Assembly: GCA_036395035.1 (NCBI GenBank) | Contig: DASWDY010000003.1 | Span: 1-45,552, forward strand | From: Candidatus Limnocylindria bacterium | Lineage (GTDB): Bacteria; Chloroflexota; Limnocylindria; P2-11E | Length of the DNA stretch: 45,552 bases | Direction of reading: 5' to 3' | Program-made: the position numbers and the translations under genes | Part shown: positions 25,594 to 33,554 of the stretch, piece by piece | Position numbering within the stretch: the first letter of the stretch is position 1 | Layout: every line of letters begins with the position of its first letter | Notes under the pieces: model-generated | Told to the model about the DNA's origin: nothing | The model's database searches: none | Seen by the model: the letters and a program-made list of their open reading frames with translations, nothing else

Positions 25594-26702
25594 GTCGTCC
25601 CCTTCGCGATCTTGTCCTTCAGCAGCTTGGCCGCGGTGTCGATCGCGGCGGCATCGGTCGCCTCGACGTCGGGTGTCACGCCCACGTTGTTGTAGCGCGT
25701 CCCGGTGATCGCGCCCACGTACTCCTCCGCCACGACGTAGAGCTGGGTGCCGTCGGGCATCGCCGTCGGCGACGCCGACCCGATGCAGCCGATGCTGCGC
25801 TGGCCGACGATCGTGCCGCGCTTCGTCTCCTTCAGGAAGAGCGAGAGGATCTCCGGCGCGGACCCGCCCTGGCCGTTCTGGATGAGCGCGATGGGCAGCT
25901 GATAGGCCTCGGGCAGGCGGAACGCCGGGTTCGCCGTGCGGACGCCCGCCTTCCCCGTGCGGACGTGCACCTCCATCGGCGCCTCATCCTTCAGGAAGTA
26001 CGACGCGATGATCTCCGGCCCGTTCCCGCCGACGTTCCCGCGCATGTCGAAGAGCCACGCCTTCGCGCCCGCGGCGAGCGCGGCCTCGAGGATCGCCTTC
26101 ACCTTCGCGCGGATGTCGTACGTCCCCGTCACACGGAACTCGCGCCACCGGACCCACGCGACGCCACCGTCGAGGATCCGCGCCGTGAGCCCCGCCTCAT
26201 CCGGAGGCGAGACGACCCTGCCATCCGGCGGCGCCGGGTTCGCCGTCCCGGTCTCGCGCACGGGCCGCGAGTCGTGGCGTCCGCGGACGTCGATGTAATA
26301 GGTATGGCAGTCGGGGCTCGTCGCGATCATCCCGATGATCGCCGCGCGCACGATGCGGTCCGCCGACAGCTCCGGCGTGCGGGACGCGATCTGCGACACC
26401 GCGCTCGCCCATTCCTTGAAGTCGGCGAGCACCGGCTCCGCGACGTCCTTGAACGCCGGCGTCGCGACGTTCGGGTCGCCGCCGAGGGCGCGCGCCTCGG
26501 CGCGCACCGCCTCGAGGCCGGCCTCGAGGGCCGTCTTGCTCGAGACCTTGTGCACGTCGGTATCGACGAACGCGCTGTAGACGATGTCGAGCTTCGTGCG
26601 CTGGATGTCGGGGGTGCGCGCCGGCGAGGGGGTCGCCGTCGACACGGGTGCGGAGCAGCCGGCGAGGATCGCGAGGATCAGCGCGAGCGAGCTAGTCCGC
26701 AG
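25590..26702 (-). CDS. S41-like peptidase family lipoprotein
   Basis: It shows FDMRGNVGGNG and NGQGGSAPEIL. A complete lipoprotein signal (RTSSLALILAILAGC) is encoded upstream of the first canonical start (GTG 26645), so I propose a CTG start at 26702 (or 26714). Confidence 0.75.
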   Translation of the reverse strand: MRTSSLALILAILAGCSAPVSTATPSPARTPDIQRTKLDIVYSAFVDTDVHKVSSKTALEAGLEAVRAEARALGGDPNVATPAFKDVAEPVLADFKEWASAVSQIASRTPELSADRIVRAAIIGMIATSPDCHTYYIDVRGRHDSRPVRETGTANPAPPDGRVVSPPDEAGLTARILDGGVAWVRWREFRVTGTYDIRAKVKAILEAALAAGAKAWLFDMRGNVGGNGPEIIASYFLKDEAPMEVHVRTGKAGVRTANPAFRLPEAYQLPIALIQNGQGGSAPEILSLFLKETKRGTIVGQRSIGCIGSASPTAMPDGTQLYVVAEEYVGAITGTRYNNVGVTPDVEATDAAAIDTAAKLLKDKIAKGTT

Positions 26703-27885
26703 GCGTCGCCGCAGCTTCGTGCTCCGCCCGCCACTCTGCCGGCGCGGCGCAGAACCCTTCGTAGTCGATGTATTCGGTGATCGTCGGATGCTCGCCGCAC
26801 GCCGGGCACTTCGGGTCGCGGCGCAGCTTGACCTCGCGGAACGTCGCGTCGAGCGCGTCGAACAGCAGGTAGCGGCCGATGAGCGGCTCGCCGATCCCGA
26901 GCAGGAGCTTCAGGACCTCGTTCGCCTGGATGGTCCCGATCACGCCGGGGAGCACGCCGAGCACGCCCGCCTCCGCGCATGACGGCGCGAGCTCCGGCGG
27001 CGGCGGCTCGTGGAAGAGGCACCGGTAGCACGGGCCCTCGAACGGCTGGAACACCGTGACCTGTCCCTCGAAGCGGTAGATGCTCCCGTGCACCACTGGC
27101 TTGCGCCATTTCACCGACGCGTCGTTCAGCAGGTAGCGCGTCGGGAAGTTGTCGGCGCCGTCCACGATGACGTCGTAGTCGGCGATGATCCGGTCGATGT
27201 TCTCGGACGAGAGGCGCTCGCGGTAGGTGACGACGTTCACGTCCGGGTTCAGCGCTTCGAGCGTGCGCTTCGCGCTGTCGACCTTCGCCTCGCCGATGCG
27301 GTCGCTCGAGTGCAGGATCTGCCGCTGCAGGTTCGTCGCGTCGACGACGTCCGAGTCGATGATCCCGAGCGTGCCGACGCCCGCCGCGGCGAGGTAGTAG
27401 GCCGACGGCGATCCGAGCCCACCCGCGCCGATCATCAGGACCTTGCTCCGCAGCAGCTTCTGCTGGCCGGCGATACCGACCTCGGGGATGAGGAGGTGCC
27501 GGCTGTAGCGCTCGAGCTGCTTCGGCCCGAGCGGCGCCTCGACCGGCAGTCCCTGCCGGCGCCATTGCTCGAATCCGCCGGCCATCGACGCGACGTTCGT
27601 GAACCCGAGCTGCTGGAGCTGGTACGCCGCGACCGCCGACCGCACGCCCGCCGCGCAGTGCACGACGATGCGCTCGTCCTTCTTCGGCAGCCGCTCGTTC
27701 GCGACCTGCGCGACCGTCCCGAGCGGCATGTGGTCGGCGCCGGGGATGTGCCCCGCGTCCCACTCGCTCTGCTCGCGGACGTCGACGACGCGCACGCCGG
27801 CGTCCCGCTCCTTGGCGGCCTCGTCGGGCTGCACTTCCTTGATGAAGGGCCGGACCTGTTGCGCGATCTGAGCTATCGAAGGCAT
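26692..27885 (-). CDS. rhodanese-ThiF/MoeB fusion (adenylyltransferase/sulfurtransferase)
   Basis: The N-terminal rhodanese has the active loop HCAAGVRS. It is followed by the ThiF fold with GAGGLGS and the Cys pairs CYRC and CPAC. Confidence 0.85.
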   Translation of the reverse strand: MPSIAQIAQQVRPFIKEVQPDEAAKERDAGVRVVDVREQSEWDAGHIPGADHMPLGTVAQVANERLPKKDERIVVHCAAGVRSAVAAYQLQQLGFTNVASMAGGFEQWRRQGLPVEAPLGPKQLERYSRHLLIPEVGIAGQQKLLRSKVLMIGAGGLGSPSAYYLAAAGVGTLGIIDSDVVDATNLQRQILHSSDRIGEAKVDSAKRTLEALNPDVNVVTYRERLSSENIDRIIADYDVIVDGADNFPTRYLLNDASVKWRKPVVHGSIYRFEGQVTVFQPFEGPCYRCLFHEPPPPELAPSCAEAGVLGVLPGVIGTIQANEVLKLLLGIGEPLIGRYLLFDALDATFREVKLRRDPKCPACGEHPTITEYIDYEGFCAAPAEWRAEHEAAATPAD

Positions 27886-27930
27886 GGATCGAGTCTAAAA
27901 CCGATCGCTGAGGTCGGGAATTCCGCAAGT

Positions 27931-28110
27931 TCAGCGCTCGGCGGGGTGACGCACCCGGCTGGCCGCCGCCGCATCTCGCTCGCGGTTTGGCCTCCCCGAT
28001 CGCTCCCCTCGTCGCTGCGCTCCTCGGGGCGCTCGGCACCCCTCCACTCCCGCTCGCGAGATCGCGGAGCGGCGGCCGCACGACATCACCCCGCCTCGCG
28101 CTGAACGGCT
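27931..28110. repeat. palindromic intergenic element, copy A
   Basis: The termini TCAGCGCTCGGCGGGGTGA (27931-27949) and TCACCCCGCCTCGCGCTGA (28086-28104) are inverted repeats, and the interior has extended imperfect dyad symmetry. The termini are nearly identical to copy B at 42360-42503. Confidence 0.7.
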
Positions 28111-28141
28111 ATCGCCGTCGCGCGTCGATACGCTCAAGCCG

Positions 28142-28624
28142 TTGGACACGTTTTATGGAGACGTCCTCCGGGCCGGCTATCACCTTGGACTCGCGGTCAT
28201 CGTCGGAGGTGGCTTCGCGCTCGGCGCGCTCGCCGCTCCCGCGATCTTCAGGACGATCCGCTCACGCGGTGAGGCGGGGACCGTCTTCGGCGCGATCCTC
28301 GAGCGATACGACGGCTTCGCGATCCTCGCCCTGATCCTGGTCGCGCTGACGACGATCCTGAAGTTCCGTGCATTCGAGGAGGATCCGCGCGACGCGCGCA
28401 CCGTCCTGCGCTGGGTCGCGCTCGCGCTCATGGGGATGGCCGTGCTGTATGGATCGGCGTGGGCGAACCCCGTCGCGCGCGCGATCCGCAAGCAGACGCC
28501 GGGGTTCGACGACCTCCCCGACAACGACATCCGCAAGCGGGAGTTCCGGTCTCTGCACGCGCGGTCGGCGCGCGCCTTCACGATCGCGGTGGTGTTCGGC
28601 GTGGCCGCGGTCTACCTCTCGTAG
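28142..28624 (+). CDS. DUF4149 domain membrane protein
   Basis: It has a TTG start and four TM helices, and shows AAPAIFRTIRSRGEAGTVFGAILERYDGF, typical of DUF4149. Confidence 0.7.
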   Translation: MDTFYGDVLRAGYHLGLAVIVGGGFALGALAAPAIFRTIRSRGEAGTVFGAILERYDGFAILALILVALTTILKFRAFEEDPRDARTVLRWVALALMGMAVLYGSAWANPVARAIRKQTPGFDDLPDNDIRKREFRSLHARSARAFTIAVVFGVAAVYLS

Positions 28625-29481
28625 TGCCGCTGCTTTCGCGACCCGCCAAGACGCAGACGCTCGACGCGATGCTCGAGGCCCACCGGGAGCGCATCACCGC
28701 GAGGCACCGCGTGCGCAACGGCGATCAGCTCGTGAAGATGGTCGACGCGGTCGGCTTCTGCTTCGCGTTCACGTCGGCCGAGGGCCTGCCCATCCCGGCG
28801 TGCTTCGACCACCTCAGCACGAGCGACGACGATCGCAAATGGGGCTGGATGTGGGGCTGGAAGGACGAGCTCGCCGAGGAGAAGCGGGTCTACTACGGGC
28901 CGGTGATCGCGCGGAAGCCGAGCTTCGTGTCGATGCGCCTCCTCCCCGTGATGTACGCGACGTTCGGCCGCGCCGGTGAGCCCGACGATCACGTCGAGGA
29001 CGTGCGCGCCGGCCGCATCTCCGACATCGGCCGCCGGATCATCGAGCACGTCACGCAAAAGGGGGAGACGCAGACGCGCCGCATGCGCGCCGAGCTCGGC
29101 ATCACCTCGAAGGAGGGCCGTGGGCAGTACGACAAGGCGCTCGATGAGGTGCAGCGGCTCATGCACGTCGCGCGCGTCAAGGCCGTCGGCGAGGGGCGCG
29201 AGGAATACAACTACACGTACGACCTGTTCGTGCGGCGGTATCCCGAGGTCGTGAAGGCGGCCGAGCCCATCGCGTCGGCCGACGCGCGCGGACGCATCCT
29301 CGCGCGGGCGATCGACCTCGCGGGCGGGCTCACCGAGAAGCAGGCCGCGAAGCTGTTCGACTGGGGCGACACGCCGCTGCGCCGCACGATCGAGCGCCTC
29401 ACCGCTTCCGGCGGTCTCGTCCGCCGCGAGCGCGCGCGCGCAGCGATCTTCGTGCTCCCCACGTACGCTGACGCCGCATAA
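28624..29481 (+). CDS. conserved hypothetical protein (possibly winged-helix containing)
   Basis: The GTG at 28624 shares its G with the upstream TAG (TAGTG). Third positions are genome-typical, and the protein has a Trp-rich segment KWGWMWGWKDE. I do not recognise the family with confidence. Confidence 0.55.
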   Translation: MPLLSRPAKTQTLDAMLEAHRERITARHRVRNGDQLVKMVDAVGFCFAFTSAEGLPIPACFDHLSTSDDDRKWGWMWGWKDELAEEKRVYYGPVIARKPSFVSMRLLPVMYATFGRAGEPDDHVEDVRAGRISDIGRRIIEHVTQKGETQTRRMRAELGITSKEGRGQYDKALDEVQRLMHVARVKAVGEGREEYNYTYDLFVRRYPEVVKAAEPIASADARGRILARAIDLAGGLTEKQAAKLFDWGDTPLRRTIERLTASGGLVRRERARAAIFVLPTYADAA

Positions 29482-30225
29482 ATGGACATTCAGCAGCTGC
29501 GCTCGTGGATCTTCGAGCTGTACGAGCCGCTCGAGAACGACCGGCAGTACATCGTGTGGGACGCCGACCGCGGCAACCTGATCATCGACGTGCCGCGTTT
29601 CAGCGAGCGGGCCGTCCGCCTGATCCGCGGGACCGGCCAGGCCTCGCTCATCCTCGTCACGAACGCGGCGCGCGCGCGCGAGGCGGGGAAGATGCGCGAC
29701 GCGCTCGGCGTGCAGATCGCGGCGCACGAGGAGGATGCGTCCGCCGTCGAGGGCGGCGCCGACATCGTGCTTACCGACGATCAGGCGGTCCGGCCGGACG
29801 CGCGCGCGATCCGCGTGCGCCACGAGGGCCAGGGCGCGACGGTCGTATTGCTGCGCAAGGCCGGCGGCGTGCTCGTCGTCGGTGACCTCGACCTCGCGTC
29901 GCCCGGTGCGCGGGCGCTCATGCCGCTCGAGTTCTCCGCCGTGCTCTCGGGACAGCACCCGCCGACGTGGAACGCCGGGAAGGACGGGCTCCTCGCGCTC
30001 CAGCAGGAGCTCCCGCGCCCGCGCAAGCGCTTCAGCATCCTGCTCGACGCGCCGTGGGACCGCGGCTACAAGGGACGCCTCGAGGACAAGATGACCCACC
30101 ACGATCCGGTCGTGCCGCGCGAGGTCACGGTCGGGCGCGAGGCGGGCATGGGCACGGAGACGCTCGTCGTCTCCGAGGCGACACGCGAGAGGATCGAGCG
30201 CGCGAAGCGGCCGGTGCGCGAGTGA
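29482..30225 (+). CDS. MBL-fold-like protein lacking the HxHxDH metal motif
   Basis: The ATG lies immediately after the upstream TAA. The layout IVWDADRGNLIIDVP...ASLILVTNAARAREAG...VVLLRKAGGVLVVGDL mimics a metallo-beta-lactamase fold, but TNAARA replaces the His motif. Confidence 0.5.
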   Translation: MDIQQLRSWIFELYEPLENDRQYIVWDADRGNLIIDVPRFSERAVRLIRGTGQASLILVTNAARAREAGKMRDALGVQIAAHEEDASAVEGGADIVLTDDQAVRPDARAIRVRHEGQGATVVLLRKAGGVLVVGDLDLASPGARALMPLEFSAVLSGQHPPTWNAGKDGLLALQQELPRPRKRFSILLDAPWDRGYKGRLEDKMTHHDPVVPREVTVGREAGMGTETLVVSEATRERIERAKRPVRE

Positions 30226-31148
30226 GAGAAGTGCGCCGCGAGCGGCCGCGGTCGTTCGCGGATCTCTGGGACGCGCAGGGGACGCCGCGTCCGCCGACGA
30301 CGGTCGCGAACCCGCAAGTCGTCGAAGACGCCGCGCCGCGCCCGCCGACCGCGGACGAGGTCGCGTCGGCGCCGGGCGTCGATCGCTCGGGCGGCATCGA
30401 TCTCTCTCCCGACGGAAGCGAGGTCGCGTTCGCGTGGGACCGCAGCGGCGCTCTGGAGATCTACACCGCGCCGGTCTTCGGCGATCGGATCATCCAGCTC
30501 ACCGATGCGGACGCGCGCGCGCTGGCTCCGCGCTGGTCCCCGGACGGCCACTGGGTCGCGTACGTGCGCGAGCGGGATCGCCGCCGGTCGCTGTGGATGG
30601 TGGATCGCGACGGCGAGCACGACGCCGAGGTGACGGACGGGCATCCGATGCACGGCGCGGTCACGCTGTCCGCTGACGGGATCCCGCAGTGGTCACAGGA
30701 CACCGCGTCCGAGACGCTCGGCGCGGCGGGCGTCAAGCACGTGCCGGGCAGCGCGCGCTGGTCCCCCGACGGATCGGCGATCGCCTTCACCGCGGCGGAC
30801 CGTGCTCCGACGAAGATCGCGTTCGCGGACGTCCGGGATGGCGCGGTGCGGCGCGTCGAGGTGCTCGAGGGGACGCCGTTCGAGGACAGTGATCCGGTCT
30901 GGCGGCCCGACGGGCGCGGCGTCGTCTACCGCCGCCGCGAGCGCGGCAATGTGACGCTCCACCGCGTCTTCACCATCTCGCACGCGGACGAGGCGGTGCT
31001 CGACGTGCCCGGATGGCTCTTCTCACCGCACGTCGCGCCCGACAGCGAGACGATCGTCGCGGTCCTCGTGGATAGGCGGGGCGCGAACGTCGTCGTGCGA
31101 CCGAGGGGTGGGATCACCGTCGCGCGGCTCACCGCATCCGTACACTGA
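30222..31148 (+). CDS. PD40/TolB-like beta-propeller repeat protein
   Basis: It has a GTGA overlap with the upstream gene. The repeats are SPDGSEVAFAW, SPDGHWVAYV, SPDGSAIAFTA, and RPDGRGVVY. Confidence 0.7.
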   Translation: MREVRRERPRSFADLWDAQGTPRPPTTVANPQVVEDAAPRPPTADEVASAPGVDRSGGIDLSPDGSEVAFAWDRSGALEIYTAPVFGDRIIQLTDADARALAPRWSPDGHWVAYVRERDRRRSLWMVDRDGEHDAEVTDGHPMHGAVTLSADGIPQWSQDTASETLGAAGVKHVPGSARWSPDGSAIAFTAADRAPTKIAFADVRDGAVRRVEVLEGTPFEDSDPVWRPDGRGVVYRRRERGNVTLHRVFTISHADEAVLDVPGWLFSPHVAPDSETIVAVLVDRRGANVVVRPRGGITVARLTASVH

Positions 31149-31153
31149 CGCTC

Positions 31154-31702
31154 ATGACCGACCGCACGACGGACCACGTGCGCGTGCTCTCGGACCTGTC
31201 GGGTCACGTCGTCGATGCGCTGCTCGATGACGCCGACGACGGGTCGGAGCGTGACGCGTTCTCGGACGCGCTCCGCGCCTACCGCAGCGAAGGCGCGCCG
31301 GAGCTCGCCGCGCCGTGGCGCCTGCCGACGTTCCTGGGCGGCGCTCGTGTGGCCGCTGTGCTCCGTCGGCTGACGCGCGATCTCCTGCACGACGCGTCGA
31401 TGCCGCCGGCCGAGACGGCGCCGGCCGAGCTCGCGGCGGAGACGCCGCCGCCGAACGTCCGCGCGATCGGCGACGCACGCGACATCCCCGCGCTCGAGCT
31501 CGCGAGCGATGGGACCTGGCGTCCCTCGGGCTCCGCGCTCGCGTCGGAGGAAGCGGTCGACACCGGTGTGCTCCGTCGCAGCGTGCCCACGGCGCGGTCG
31601 CGCTATCCGCAGGTCGCGCGCGAGGGTCTCGACCTTCCGCCCGCGCCGGCGTCGGCCCGCGTTACGCGGATCACCGAGCCTCCCGGGCACACGACCGGCT
31701 GA
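31154..31702 (+). CDS. hypothetical protein (182 aa, acidic, Ala/Pro-rich)
   Basis: It has an ATG start 5 nt after the upstream stop, G/C-rich third positions, and no recognisable motif. Confidence 0.5.
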   Translation: MTDRTTDHVRVLSDLSGHVVDALLDDADDGSERDAFSDALRAYRSEGAPELAAPWRLPTFLGGARVAAVLRRLTRDLLHDASMPPAETAPAELAAETPPPNVRAIGDARDIPALELASDGTWRPSGSALASEEAVDTGVLRRSVPTARSRYPQVAREGLDLPPAPASARVTRITEPPGHTTG

Positions 31703-33123
31703 CGCAGCGCGCCGTCGTCGTCGGGAGCGGGCCGAACGGTCTCGCTGCCGCCATCGCGCTCGCGGAGCACGGGCACGCGGTCACCGTGCTCGAGGCCGAG
31801 GACACCATCGGAGGCGGCTGCCGTTCCGCGGAGCTGACGCTCCCCGGATTCGTCCACGACGTCTGCTCCGCCATCCACCCGCTCGCCGCCGCGTCCCCGT
31901 TCTTTTCGCATCTTCCGCTTGCGGACCACGGCGTCGAATGGATCCATCCGCCGGTGCCGCTCGCACACCCGCTCGACGACGGGAGCGCGGTGATCGTGGA
32001 GCGTTCGATCGAGCGGACGGCCGCGTCGCTGGGGATCGACGCCGGGAGCTGGTCCCGCACGATCGGCGCGGTCGCGCGAGACTGGCCGAAGCTGCGATCG
32101 GTGCTGACGGGACCATTCCTCGCGGTCCACGGGCATCCCATCGCGCTCGCGCGCTTCGGCGTCCTCGCGCTCCTGCCGGCTCGCATGCTCGCGAAGCGGC
32201 TGTTCCGGACGGAGCGGGCGCGCGCGGTCTTCGCGGGGATGGCCGCTCATTCGTTCCTCCCCCTCGACGGACCGCTCAGCTCGACGTGGGCGCTCACGTT
32301 CGGAGCGAGCGCGCATGCCGTGGGGTGGCCGCTCCCGCGCGGCGGCTCACAGCGGATCGTCGACGCGCTCGCGGCCGTCCTGCGGTCGCGCGGCGGCGAG
32401 ATCGTGACGGGCCGTCGCGTGCGCTCGCTCGACGATCTCCCGGAGGCGGACGCGACCCTCTTCGACGTCACGCCGCGTGCGCTCGAGCGCATCGCCGGCG
32501 ACCGGTTCCCCGAGGGCTATCGCCGCGCGCTGCGCCGCTACCGCTACGGGCCCGGCGTGTTCAAGATGGACTACGCGCTCGACGGACCCGTGCCGTGGCA
32601 GGCGCCGGAGTGCGCGCTCGCGGGGACCGTGCACCTCGGCGGGACGCTCGACGAGATCGCGGATGCCGAGCGCGAGGTCGCGCGTGGCGCGCACCCCGAG
32701 CGCCCGTTCGTCCTCGTCGCGCAGCAGAGCCTGTTCGATCCCTCGCGCGCGCCCGAGGGCAAGCACACGCTCTGGGCCTACTGCCACGTCCCGAACGGGT
32801 CGACGGTCGACATGACGGAGCGCATCGAGGCGCAGCTCGAGCGCTTCGCGCCGGGCTTCCATGAGCGGATCCTCGCGCGGCACGTCATGGACACGCGGTG
32901 GGTCGAGTCGCACAACGAGAGCTACGTCGGCGGCGACATCTCGGCGGGCTCGCACGGCGGGCTGCAGCTGTTCGCGCGCCCCGTGCTCTCGACGGATCCC
33001 TACGCGACGCCCGACCGCTCGATCTATCTGTGCTCCGCGGCGACGCCGCCGGGGGGAGGCGTCCACGGGATGTGCGGCTTCCACGCCGCGCGGTCAGCGC
33101 TCCGTCGGGCCCTCGCGTCCTGA
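31699..33123 (+). CDS. NAD(P)/FAD-dependent oxidoreductase, phytoene-desaturase (CrtI)-like family
   Basis: The Rossmann motif VVVGSGPNGLAAA...VLEAEDTIGGG begins 5 codons after CTG 31699, which overlaps the upstream TGA (CTGA). The only canonical upstream start (31315) would overlap 128 codons of the preceding gene. Confidence 0.8.
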   Translation: MTQRAVVVGSGPNGLAAAIALAEHGHAVTVLEAEDTIGGGCRSAELTLPGFVHDVCSAIHPLAAASPFFSHLPLADHGVEWIHPPVPLAHPLDDGSAVIVERSIERTAASLGIDAGSWSRTIGAVARDWPKLRSVLTGPFLAVHGHPIALARFGVLALLPARMLAKRLFRTERARAVFAGMAAHSFLPLDGPLSSTWALTFGASAHAVGWPLPRGGSQRIVDALAAVLRSRGGEIVTGRRVRSLDDLPEADATLFDVTPRALERIAGDRFPEGYRRALRRYRYGPGVFKMDYALDGPVPWQAPECALAGTVHLGGTLDEIADAEREVARGAHPERPFVLVAQQSLFDPSRAPEGKHTLWAYCHVPNGSTVDMTERIEAQLERFAPGFHERILARHVMDTRWVESHNESYVGGDISAGSHGGLQLFARPVLSTDPYATPDRSIYLCSAATPPGGGVHGMCGFHAARSALRRALAS

Positions 33124-33137
33124 ATGTGGCGACGCGC

Positions 33138-33554
33138 CTACGGATCCCGATCGAATGTGGCTTCGCTCCACGGGGATGGCCGCGACGCGCGCCCCATACG
33201 TCCGAGATGCGTGTCCCCGAACGCCGTCCTGAGCTTCAGCCCGTAGCCGAGCGCGCGGTCCATCCCGATGTGCGCGAGCCAGACGAGCGCGACGACGAGG
33301 CCGAGTGGCCACTGCATGTAGACCGCGGCCGCGCCGAGCGCGAGCGGGCCGATCTCGGTGTGGAACAGGTTGTACGTCGCGGCGCCGACGACGCTGCCCC
33401 GGAGGTACCCGAGCATCCCGACGTCCGGGACGAAGAGGAGCAGCCCGAAGAGGATCCAGTCCGCCGACGCGATCGAGTAGAGGTACGCCGCGAGCGCGAG
33501 CGTCGCCACGCCCTCGAGCCGCAGGAGGCCCACCGGGCGCGCGAGGATGTTCAC
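33138..33554 (-). CDS. DUF4260 domain membrane protein
   Basis: It shows LLFVPDVGMLGYL...ATYNLFHTEIGP...LAHIGMDRALGYGLK. The GTG at 33554 overlaps the upstream TGA (GTGA). Confidence 0.75.
   Translation of the reverse strand: MNILARPVGLLRLEGVATLALAAYLYSIASADWILFGLLLFVPDVGMLGYLRGSVVGAATYNLFHTEIGPLALGAAAVYMQWPLGLVVALVWLAHIGMDRALGYGLKLRTAFGDTHLGRMGRASRPSPWSEATFDRDP

Noticed and set aside
27931-28334. ORFs 27931..28149 (-) and 27987..28334 (+), and at the other locus 42417..42854 (-), crossing the palindromic elements
   Set aside because: They run through self-complementary repeat sequence, have Arg/Ser/Pro-rich composition and show no family resemblance. Open frames on both strands are expected in a GC-rich palindrome.
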